Positions 56,485 to 64,000 of a DNA stretch of 64,000 nucleotides are shown in pieces (position 1 is the stretch's first letter; the number at the start of each line of letters is the position of its first letter). Location: positions 140,455-204,454 of IMG/VR virus record IMGVR_UViG_3300044646_001937; one strand, 5' to 3'. Both the position numbers and the translations under genes were made by a program. The notes under the pieces are model-generated. The model was not told where the DNA came from. It was given only the letters and a program-made list of their open reading frames with translations, and ran no database searches.

Positions 56485-58202
56485 CCCTCTATTGCATCTG
56501 GTCCAGCTGAAGAGCTTGGGCCAATAAGACCTGCGTCACCTACAGCCATATAGGCGGCGCAAACAGCAAACACCAGACTGTGCAGCGCATCGTCTGGTTG
56601 CTTTGGGTGGTGATCATATATCAGCTCCTGTCCAAATAGTCCATCTCTGACCTCAATGAATACATTCAATATATCCTGCATATATTCTGAAACGTCGTTC
56701 CATTGAGGAAAAACTATTTTGCCTGCCTTAAGCTGTCTGATTACAAGAGATATTACATCAGACCTATGCAAGACCCATCTATTTTGACGCCAGTCATAAG
56801 CACCAGCGTCAAAGTACTGGATAACCTTGCTGCGTCTATAGGCAGCCATTTGCGAGCGTTGAGGGCTCGTCAGCTCACAAAGCTTAATACCCCTAAAAGG
56901 GTCAGGACCACTGTCCGCGACACAGAAAGCGTTAACAGCATTAGCTCTCCTGGCAATGTCTTTAATGTGCGCCTCATGGTCGTGTCCCCTGTATATCTTA
57001 GAAAAGAATACTTCGTACACTCCATCGCCACGCATTGCCCCAAGCGTAGCTACAGTTCTAGACTGCGCCATACTCACACCCCAGTCTACACCCATAGTAT
57101 ATAGCTTATACTTGGTTTTATTCTTACTCAAAATACTGAGTTTAGTTTCATCGTTATTTTCAAACTGAGGCCCTAGAGTACATAGCTTTACAAGCTCCTC
57201 TTGCGTAATAGGTTTTGAACCTATATCGTAAGTAAGCCCAAAAGTCTCGTTCATTACAGTTTTAAGTTCATATTTACCACTATGAACTTTCTCATAAATT
57301 TCTTTCCACTCTTTAGGGTCTTCGTTGAAATGCGGAAGAATAGGCTGTGCTAGATGATAGCCGGTAATCAGATAGTCTGATGGGTTCATGCTTACCCATT
57401 CACCTATCCTGCAATCTATTCTTTTAGAGCACTTGGAGCAGCTAAGCCCATGAGGCTGCACCATCTTAAGAGGGTCGTTACCTTCTGTAAGCGAATTCCA
57501 ATGGTTGCAAGCCTCACACTTCATCATCCACTCCAGCTGATTGGAAGTCTTCCATATTCTATGTATGGTATTAGTACTATCCAGCGGAGTGCCTGCAAAA
57601 ATTTCTCGCTTATAAGGACTCATTGCCATTGTTTCCTGAATAATCGGGATTTGATCATACTGGATATCCTGAACCTCGTCGTACACCACACAGTCTACGG
57701 CAGGTCCACGAGTTCTGGTTGCATCATCCTTAACATACCTAAACAAAACACTACTATGCGTATCGTCTAATATCTTTTCAAAAACATCATTTTTAAACCA
57801 TCCTTTGACTAATAATTCTTTGATTTTAGGACTCTCAAATCTTGGGGGCAGATAGTTACTAGAGAAATATTTGGTAGTCAGCTCCTGAGGACCAACATAC
57901 ATCATTTTAAAATAATTCCACCGGATTAGGTTAAGACATATAAAATTAGATAATAAGGTAGACTTTAGCGTTTTACGACTACACTTTAAGATTAGTTTTT
58001 GAGGCATATTGTCATAGATATGCTTCAGCATCGGGAAATCCTCCAGCTTCTGGAGTCTTCCCTCATTGTCGTAGAGGTAATTCTCTACAAAGTGAGAGGG
58101 AGGTAGTACCGAAAAAATTAACTGGCGGGCAAGAAATGTGGACTTCGCATTGTTTTTGCGAAGTAATTTCTCAATAGTGTCTTTAACTAAATGGGTCGTC
58201 AT
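56481..58202 (-). CDS. terL: Terminase large subunit (GpA-like, with Zn-binding insert)
   Basis: ATPase motifs KCSRKTLKST, RGPAVDCVVYDEVQD and AGTP; CEAC...CSKC Zn ribbon; nuclease MGVDWG, ADSG and PDDALHS. ATG 58202 is preferred over TTG 58223. Confidence 0.88.
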   Translation of the reverse strand: MTTHLVKDTIEKLLRKNNAKSTFLARQLIFSVLPPSHFVENYLYDNEGRLQKLEDFPMLKHIYDNMPQKLILKCSRKTLKSTLLSNFICLNLIRWNYFKMMYVGPQELTTKYFSSNYLPPRFESPKIKELLVKGWFKNDVFEKILDDTHSSVLFRYVKDDATRTRGPAVDCVVYDEVQDIQYDQIPIIQETMAMSPYKREIFAGTPLDSTNTIHRIWKTSNQLEWMMKCEACNHWNSLTEGNDPLKMVQPHGLSCSKCSKRIDCRIGEWVSMNPSDYLITGYHLAQPILPHFNEDPKEWKEIYEKVHSGKYELKTVMNETFGLTYDIGSKPITQEELVKLCTLGPQFENNDETKLSILSKNKTKYKLYTMGVDWGVSMAQSRTVATLGAMRGDGVYEVFFSKIYRGHDHEAHIKDIARRANAVNAFCVADSGPDPFRGIKLCELTSPQRSQMAAYRRSKVIQYFDAGAYDWRQNRWVLHRSDVISLVIRQLKAGKIVFPQWNDVSEYMQDILNVFIEVRDGLFGQELIYDHHPKQPDDALHSLVFAVCAAYMAVGDAGLIGPSSSAGPDAIEG

Positions 58203-58383
58203 AACCAAAAAACCAAACAGCAACAGAATAAAAAAAGAATAGAAAATACATCCGTTGATCTATATAACTTTTTTGATACCTCCTTTGCCACTATGATAAG
58301 TATCTTCAGTGGCAAGCCTCCTGGCAATAAAAAACATTATAGGGTCTACAAAAAATAATAACTATGCTATAATAGTTGTTATT

Positions 58384-58542
58384 ATGAGTAGAACTATCAG
58401 GAAATATCAAATAAAAGATAGGCGTAATCGTTATAAAACTAACGAGAAACTAGACCTTAAGGGTAGATATTATACGGATGTAGCCAAATCCCATGATAGA
58501 AAAATCAAAAAGAAGGGGCTACAAGAAGAAGACGAAGATTGA
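58384..58542 (+). CDS. Small, highly basic protein with acidic tail (52 aa)
   Basis: MSRTIRKYQIKDRRNRYK...EEDED; TGcTATAAT (58365-58373) 10 nt before the ATG. Confidence 0.5.
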   Translation: MSRTIRKYQIKDRRNRYKTNEKLDLKGRYYTDVAKSHDRKIKKKGLQEEDED

Positions 58543-58993
58543 TGTTGCGTCTGAACCTGTAGCCCGTAAACGGGGAAGGCCCAAAGGGGCCAAGAACAAA
58601 CCTAAGCAGCCTATAGCTCATACTGAGCCTGTAGCTGTTGAGGTTCGTAAGAGAGGCAGACCAAAGGGAGCCAAGAATAAGCCTAAGGCTATTGCTCCTG
58701 CTATGGTGATAAAGGTTAAAGCTAAACCTGCACCTGAGGAGATTAGGGTAAATAAGAAAGTTGAGCAGGTGGATGAGCATCCACTTTTTGCTGCAGTCAA
58801 ATGGCTGGAGAAGCATATGCATCCTTCCCAGTCGGCATATTACGCCAAACGAGCCGCTAGAGCGGGCGCAACGTTGCATAACGCAATGCTTGCCGACATC
58901 CTTGGATTCTTCAACGTCCAGGAAACAAACATACTTAAACAAGTAAAAAAGAATAACTTCATAGCAACATTCGCAGACAATGAACTTCATTAA
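58493..58993 (+). CDS. AT-hook DNA-binding protein
   Basis: Two identical RKRGRPKGAKNKPK motifs (58565-58606, 58646-58687) and a helical C-terminal domain. Confidence 0.72.
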   Translation: MIEKSKRRGYKKKTKIDVASEPVARKRGRPKGAKNKPKQPIAHTEPVAVEVRKRGRPKGAKNKPKAIAPAMVIKVKAKPAPEEIRVNKKVEQVDEHPLFAAVKWLEKHMHPSQSAYYAKRAARAGATLHNAMLADILGFFNVQETNILKQVKKNNFIATFADNELH

Positions 58994-60581
58994 CAAACTA
59001 GCAAAATATAGGGAAGCATCGTATCCGGCGGTATTCGTACTTACTCACGAGGAGTCCAGACTTTGTGGTGAGATTATGCATATACCTCCAGCAGATGAGA
59101 AAAGCCCTGAAGTTACAGTGCATGAGTGGGATGCTCAAAAGGGTCTTGTATATAAAAAGGGACCTAATAAAATAAAACACCCCGGCGATACTGTGGAAAG
59201 CACTACAGCGCTGGAATATATACAGAGTTTTAACGCAGCAGATAATATTTTTATACTGAAAGATTTTACTCCATTTCTGGATAGGCCATTAAACGTCCGT
59301 CTTTTAAGAAACAGCTGGAATATCCTTAAAGCTAATCGAAATATGATCGTTTTCAGTGGTCATAAATTTGCTGTGCCTGGAGAGCTTCAAAAAGAGATAC
59401 AGCTACTAGATTATACACTGCCTGATAACAAGGCTATCTCAGAGCGTCTCACATATATCTTGGATTCTGTGAATAAAGCCCGAAATGAATTGGATAAGCC
59501 GCCGCTTGATGTAGATAAAGATATCTTTGAGTCTGCTGTGGAGGCAGCCAAAGGTATGACCTATATGGAGGTCGAGAACGCCTATTCTATGGGCTGGCAG
59601 TCAGTCAAAAAGATTAACGATAAATTCGTAGATGTTGTGTTTCATGAAAAGATTGCGCAGCTTAAGAAAAATGGGCTGCTTACATACATGGAACCTAACA
59701 TCGACTTCAGTAACGTTGGCGGTTTGCATGGATTAAAAACGTGGCTAAATACACGCAAGGACGCTTATTCCGAGGAAGCTCGCCAATACAAGCTACCTCT
59801 TCCAAAGGGTATGCTTCTGGCCAGTGTTCCAGGTACTGGCAAGTCATTGATATGTAAAGCAGTTGCAAAAGAGTTTAAGTGTCCTCTGTTTGCACTAGAC
59901 CTGTCCAAGGTGTTTGACTCGCTTGTAGGTAACAGCGAGAAAAACATGGGTGAGGTAATCAAGACGATTAACGCTGTAGGTAAATGTGTAATCCTGATCG
60001 ACGAGATCGAGAAAAGCTTTAGTAACAGCGCAGTCAGCGGTTCTGGAGATAGTGGTGTCAGTAGCCGCATCTTTGGCACTTTCCTTACATGGCTAAACGA
60101 CCGTGATAACCCAGCGTTCATTGTGGCCACAACAAATAATCACACACTGCTTCCGGCTGCACTTATTCGTAAGGGCCGTTTCGATCAACTGTTCTGGCTA
60201 GATTTGCCTACAGCAGACGAGAGGAAGGAGATCTTTAATGTGGTTATTGCAAAGTATGGGCGAGATCCTAAGAACTTTGCTATCAAAACACTGGTTGCTG
60301 GCGCTGATAATTTCACAGGTGCTGAGATAGAGGAGGTATTCAAAGATGCATTATATAAAGCGTATCACGCTAAAGAAGAAGTGGCAGATACTCATGTTTT
60401 AGAGGTACTATCGGAATTTATTCCTTTCGCAGTATCCCACGAGCATGACCTGAAGACTATGCGAAAGCAGGCTCAGGGTAAACTTGTAATGGTTACAACT
60501 AAAGGTGATCCTGTAGCTGACGTACAGAAAAACATGCGCAAGTTAAGCATTGCAATTGGCGGCGAAGAAACTGAAGACTAA
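58980..60581 (+). CDS. Ycf46-like AAA+ ATPase
   Basis: 533 aa. The degenerate N-terminal AAA-like domain (YPAVFVLTHEESR...FILKDF) precedes DVGG-like NVGGLHGLKTWL, Walker A SVPGTGKS, Walker B LIDEIEK and RKGRFD. Confidence 0.85.
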   Translation: MNFINKLAKYREASYPAVFVLTHEESRLCGEIMHIPPADEKSPEVTVHEWDAQKGLVYKKGPNKIKHPGDTVESTTALEYIQSFNAADNIFILKDFTPFLDRPLNVRLLRNSWNILKANRNMIVFSGHKFAVPGELQKEIQLLDYTLPDNKAISERLTYILDSVNKARNELDKPPLDVDKDIFESAVEAAKGMTYMEVENAYSMGWQSVKKINDKFVDVVFHEKIAQLKKNGLLTYMEPNIDFSNVGGLHGLKTWLNTRKDAYSEEARQYKLPLPKGMLLASVPGTGKSLICKAVAKEFKCPLFALDLSKVFDSLVGNSEKNMGEVIKTINAVGKCVILIDEIEKSFSNSAVSGSGDSGVSSRIFGTFLTWLNDRDNPAFIVATTNNHTLLPAALIRKGRFDQLFWLDLPTADERKEIFNVVIAKYGRDPKNFAIKTLVAGADNFTGAEIEEVFKDALYKAYHAKEEVADTHVLEVLSEFIPFAVSHEHDLKTMRKQAQGKLVMVTTKGDPVADVQKNMRKLSIAIGGEETED

Positions 60582-60599
60582 CAACTAACTACTAAACAT

Positions 60600-61604
60600 A
60601 TGACAAGCGAATACAAAATTACTGAAACACTGCAGAAGTACTATGACAAGGTTTTCCAAGACGGAAAGCTAGTAAACATCCACATTGGCATGTGGGGCAT
60701 GAGTCATAACCTTGAAGAGCAAGATATTAAAATAGATTCAAAACTGCCTGAGCTTGTTAAGCTGGGCAAAAAGATGCTGATCAAGCTTCCTGTATACAAC
60801 AAGTTCAAAAACTTCGAGCAAAAGATCCGCAAGTACTTATATGTAAATTCCTTTGACTTCCCATTGGTGAGTCAAGCGCACTTTGTCCCAAAGGCAAAGT
60901 ATATCGAAGTGTATACCAAACTGAATGAACTGCGTACGGAATACATGAAGATGGTAGACGAGTTCATTGAAAAGTATGAGGATTACAAGAAAGAGGCTAT
61001 TGAGTTTTACCAGGAAAACCAAGCAACCGTAAGCATATCTGACCTAGAAAAACTCTATCCGTCAGAGGCAGCATTGCGTAAAAAGTTCTACTTTGAAATT
61101 GTATCGTTTGAGATTGCTCTTCCTGCAGAGTTTACAGAGTTGAACTTACAGAATGAGATCAACCGAGAGCTCCTTGACAATGATGCCAAGAAGCAAGCAT
61201 TGCAAAATTACAAGCAGCAGTATGATAAGCAGATTACCACGCACATGGCTAAGATTGGTGACTTTGTAAGTGATGTCACTAATACCTTGCGTAGTAAGAT
61301 TGTAGAGCATTGCTCTGTAGCTTTAACCAAGATTCAGGAGAAAAAAGTTGTGTCAGAATCAAACATCAGAACGCTGCTGAAGCATATCCAGGAGTTCAGG
61401 GATATGAATTTTGTCGACGATAAGACAATCGAGGCAGAGCTCAACAAGGTTGAAGGTCTCTTGACTGGTGGTAAAGACTTGGCGACAGACAAGGACGCTA
61501 TCAGTCTTTTGCAGCAGCATTTGACAGGTGTAGTTAAAGAAGCAGAAAACCTCACAGACGTAGCAAACGTGTCTGGCGAATACTTCAGAAAATTAAGCGT
61601 ATAA
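60600..61604 (+). CDS. DUF3150-like helical protein
   Basis: 334 aa; LGKKML...HFVPKAKYIEVYTKLNELRTEY...FIEKY pattern, and position after a Ycf46-like ATPase. Confidence 0.55.
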   Translation: MTSEYKITETLQKYYDKVFQDGKLVNIHIGMWGMSHNLEEQDIKIDSKLPELVKLGKKMLIKLPVYNKFKNFEQKIRKYLYVNSFDFPLVSQAHFVPKAKYIEVYTKLNELRTEYMKMVDEFIEKYEDYKKEAIEFYQENQATVSISDLEKLYPSEAALRKKFYFEIVSFEIALPAEFTELNLQNEINRELLDNDAKKQALQNYKQQYDKQITTHMAKIGDFVSDVTNTLRSKIVEHCSVALTKIQEKKVVSESNIRTLLKHIQEFRDMNFVDDKTIEAELNKVEGLLTGGKDLATDKDAISLLQQHLTGVVKEAENLTDVANVSGEYFRKLSV

Positions 61605-61605
61605 T

Positions 61606-61905
61606 ATGCCCTGGGATAACGACGACAATAATCTAACCGACCCTCCAAACTACGACATGTTGACTATCAGATTTAGGGGAGACAACCATGACGTAGTCTT
61701 ACCCTATTGCGAGGTAGCAAACGGCGACATCACTGAGATTGAGGATAACTTGATCAAGGTGGCAGTAAACGATAAGAAGAAAAATGTGCTGAAGCTGCCA
61801 TTTGCAGATTTCGTAAAGCTGATAGAGGAGACATTTGATATTAAAGATATCGTAAAACTAATGGTTCAAAAAGCAGGCAGTTACGACAACGTCACAGTAT
61901 TATGA
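61606..61905 (+). CDS. Hypothetical acidic protein (99 aa)
   Basis: 1-nt gap upstream; ATGA overlap downstream. Confidence 0.65.
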   Translation: MPWDNDDNNLTDPPNYDMLTIRFRGDNHDVVLPYCEVANGDITEIEDNLIKVAVNDKKKNVLKLPFADFVKLIEETFDIKDIVKLMVQKAGSYDNVTVL

Positions 61906-62291
61906 GTCACAGTGTAAACATCAAAACACAGTTCAAGAACATCACCACTCTGCTAGAGCAGTTTAAAAACAAGGGGTGGACGTTAAAAAACGATACCAAA
62001 TGCAACACATATCCCTCAGATCCTCGTAGAGATGAGATTCATAAATATGTAGCCAAAAACCCACATCCTAATGGTTATGATGTGGGTATTGGTATAGACG
62101 CAGATGGAAGCGCATATTTTGTGTGTGACTTCTTTGACAGGTCTATAGAAAGGCAGCTAGGAGAAAACCTGAAAGATATAAAACAAGGATATAGCCTGAC
62201 TGAGCTGAAAAAAGCCTTTCGCAGAGAAGACATGCGTTGTAAGGTTAGCGAACTAGCTACAGGTGAACTTGTAGTTGTTGCAGAAGCATAA
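61902..62291 (+). CDS. DUF1257 (Ycf35-like) protein
   Basis: MSHSVNIKTQFKNITTLLEQFKNKGW...DVGIG...YFVCDFF...KQGYS closely follows the DUF1257 pattern. Confidence 0.75.
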   Translation: MSHSVNIKTQFKNITTLLEQFKNKGWTLKNDTKCNTYPSDPRRDEIHKYVAKNPHPNGYDVGIGIDADGSAYFVCDFFDRSIERQLGENLKDIKQGYSLTELKKAFRREDMRCKVSELATGELVVVAEA

Positions 62292-62293
62292 TT

Positions 62294-62584
62294 ATGGAAA
62301 TTATTACAGACGAATCGTTTGACGCCATCAAAGTAAAACTGGCGCGTTCTTTGCGTGAAGAGTTGCTTAAAGATGCGCTAACCCCTAATGGTGAAAAACA
62401 TGTAGATGTTGATGTCAGAATACCTCATGAGCTGTTTATGAGAGATCCTGACAAGCCAGGTACTGTACAGGCAGCTGCCACATACACTGTAAAAATGCCT
62501 GATGAGAAAAAGCATACAGTGTATCTACAGTTCAGATATGACAAGAATGGAAACTTGGTAAAGAACTCGATCACATATGTCTAA
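62294..62584 (+). CDS. Hypothetical protein (96 aa)
   Basis: Tightly coupled ORF within the operon. Confidence 0.65.
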   Translation: MEIITDESFDAIKVKLARSLREELLKDALTPNGEKHVDVDVRIPHELFMRDPDKPGTVQAAATYTVKMPDEKKHTVYLQFRYDKNGNLVKNSITYV

Positions 62585-62777
62585 AAAAATGGTATTCAAG
62601 ATCAACAAAGACGGAAACGTGGTTGTTGATACTGTGCAAGGTTACGGTAGCGCTTGTATGGAGGCTACCAAGTTTATTGAAAGAGCGCTAGGTAAGGCCG
62701 ATGAGTCTACCAGAAAGACTACGGAAGAATATGAAAAGCCTGCCAAGCTAGATAATACGGAAAACATACAGCACTGA
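62577..62777 (+). CDS. DUF2997 family protein
   Basis: KINKDGNVVVDTVQGYGSACMEATKFIERALG matches the DUF2997 pattern (I..DG.V...V.G..G..C...T..IE..LG). Confidence 0.78.
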   Translation: MSKKMVFKINKDGNVVVDTVQGYGSACMEATKFIERALGKADESTRKTTEEYEKPAKLDNTENIQH

Positions 62778-63031
62778 TGACAGTGATCTATATAGACAAG
62801 AATGGAGACATCCAAGGACTGGCGGATGACTTCATTGACAGGCTTGATCTAGGAACAAAACAAGTAGCCAGGGTATCTGACATTGAATGGAATCACAGCA
62901 CCAATCTGTGGGAAGCTAAAGATTCTGTGACAGGCGAAATTATCGCCAGCAACAGTGTCAGGGGTAACGTAATCAATGCTGAGCGAGCTCATCTCAATAA
63001 GAAGATAGAGCATACATTTGCTCAGCGATAG
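62777..63031 (+). CDS. Small conserved-looking partner protein (84 aa)
   Basis: TGATG-coupled; IYIDKNGDIQGL...LGTKQVARVSDIEW...R...I.AE pattern, recalled from DUF2997/DUF1257 neighbourhoods. Confidence 0.65.
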   Translation: MTVIYIDKNGDIQGLADDFIDRLDLGTKQVARVSDIEWNHSTNLWEAKDSVTGEIIASNSVRGNVINAERAHLNKKIEHTFAQR

Positions 63032-63036
63032 ACAAT

Positions 63037-63069
63037 TATCACATGAGGGTCCGACCCCCTCATGTGGTA
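63037..63069. terminator. Stem-loop closing the AAA operon
   Basis: TATCACATGAGGG-tccgacc-CCCTCATGTGGTA: 13 bp with one G-U pair; weak U-tract. Confidence 0.6.
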
Positions 63070-63085
63070 TCTATATTATAATTTT

Positions 63086-63445
63086 ATGATGGAAATAATG
63101 CATTGTCAGAACATAGCACATAGAAACGCAGGAAAAATAGCTATCATCGAGCTAAGCAATCGTAATGGTACATTTATTGTACAAACACACAGCGTAAGAA
63201 AGAATCCTATGAAACATCAGAGGAAAAAGCTGTCTAGTAAAATACGCTTGAAGACTGATCATAAAGAGACCGCCATGAGTATGTTTAATGCTATTCTAGG
63301 CGAAAAACAAAAGGCAGGGTTTAAATTCCTGGCTAATGGCGAGAATATAAATATCCCTCATTTTGAGGAGCTGTTTAAACCTAAAGCTAATAAACCTAAA
63401 AAACAAAATATCGAACAACCAACCTATAGGAAACTATCTGTATGA
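63086..63445 (+). CDS. WGR-domain-like protein
   Basis: Beta-strands followed by the helix TAMSMFNAILGEKQKAGFK, like WGR C-terminal helices (EK..KGY). TATAAT at 63077-63082; the start is 63086 or 63089. Confidence 0.5.
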   Translation: MMEIMHCQNIAHRNAGKIAIIELSNRNGTFIVQTHSVRKNPMKHQRKKLSSKIRLKTDHKETAMSMFNAILGEKQKAGFKFLANGENINIPHFEELFKPKANKPKKQNIEQPTYRKLSV

Positions 63446-64000
63446 AATTTATAGCATTCAGCGATCAGCATCTAGAGAGTAAACTCTATAACATCCCTGA
63501 ACTCGAGCAGGACAACCGAGAATTGTTTAAAATGGTTATAGATAAAGCTATAGAGCTTAACGTGGATTACCTCATCAGCGTTGGTGATCTGTTTGACCAC
63601 AACAGGCCTAGCAGCGAAACAATACGCTTCGTAAGCGAAGAATTATCCAGACTCAGCGCAGATGTAACGCCTCTGGCAATAGCTGGAGATCACAGCAAGC
63701 CTATCAACGGAGCAACCTGGGAGAGCGTATGCGGATTCCACAGTGTTAATAATTTTGATAGCTTTGTGGGAGTAGACTATAGTGATAATCCTGCCGACGT
63801 AATAGCGCTAATCAATCATGAGCTGAACAAGCGAGCTAAAGACACTGTTAGGTGGATATTTATGCATCAGCAGGTTCCTGAGCTATGGCCGTTCTGTGAA
63901 GACAAGAAAAAGATCAGTATCAAAGATCTGGATCTGTCTAACCAGTGTGGAAGTATTGAGGGAATATTGCTGGGCGACATCCATATCCGCAGAGAGATGC
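63442..64000 (+). CDS. Calcineurin-like metallophosphoesterase, SbcD/Mre11/T4 gp47-type nuclease (3'-truncated)
   Basis: Not in the ORF track because it has no stop in the window. MKFIAFSDQH, VGDLFD, AGDH, FMHQ and LGDIH are the five phosphoesterase motifs; ATGA overlap with the upstream gene. Confidence 0.88.
   Translation, partial: MKFIAFSDQHLESKLYNIPELEQDNRELFKMVIDKAIELNVDYLISVGDLFDHNRPSSETIRFVSEELSRLSADVTPLAIAGDHSKPINGATWESVCGFHSVNNFDSFVGVDYSDNPADVIALINHELNKRAKDTVRWIFMHQQVPELWPFCEDKKKISIKDLDLSNQCGSIEGILLGDIHIRREM

Noticed and set aside
58202-58337. Stop-codon recoding: a 25-codon ORF plus TAG in frame upstream of terL, which would give a hydrophobic N-terminus
   Set aside because: TAG is a real stop in many genes here and long ORFs are intact in code 11. 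The F/L/I richness follows from an A-rich intergenic + strand.
58493-58542. Frameshift fusing the small basic ORF to the AT-hook ORF
   Set aside because: The downstream ORF is in the +1 frame. There is no full X XXY YYZ heptamer in frame and no stimulatory structure; an ATG exists at 58493.
58565-58687. CRISPR-like direct repeat
   Set aside because: Only two imperfect 42-nt copies, in frame and differing at synonymous positions; this is a coding AT-hook duplication. No CRISPR array was seen in the window.
53137-64000. Apparent codon/strand-skew shift (more AAG/GAG) in the right-hand region, suggesting an origin or a transferred block
   Set aside because: Spot counts were inconsistent; it needs a computed cumulative skew and codon analysis.

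Overview
This window is part of an AT-rich, large (jumbo-like) contractile-tailed phage genome read in the standard genetic code. It does not look like bacterial chromosome. From 1 to about 51 kb is one + strand virion morphogenesis block. It runs from probable neck/terminator genes through tail sheath, tail tube and a gp5/VgrG-like hub-spike, then a tail-assembly-chaperone pair joined by a clear -1 frameshift signal, and the tape measure protein. Baseplate genes follow, with a sigma-70-family factor embedded among them. Three giant Ig/FN3-repeat proteins (2237, 1773 and 3616 aa, about 23 kb) come next, bracketed by five paralogues of one uncharacterised domain. From about 51 to 64 kb are an intact tmRNA with an unusually long 31-codon tag and a - strand primase-like ORF. 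The same stretch holds a - strand large terminase, two AAA+ ATPases and an AT-hook protein. It ends with a compact Ycf46-AAA / DUF3150 / DUF1257 / DUF2997-like operon, a WGR-like gene and an SbcD/Mre11-type phosphoesterase truncated by the window edge. Many genes lack a Shine-Dalgarno and have TATAAT 6-10 nt before the ATG. All family assignments come from motif recognition and gene order by eye; no database search was run.
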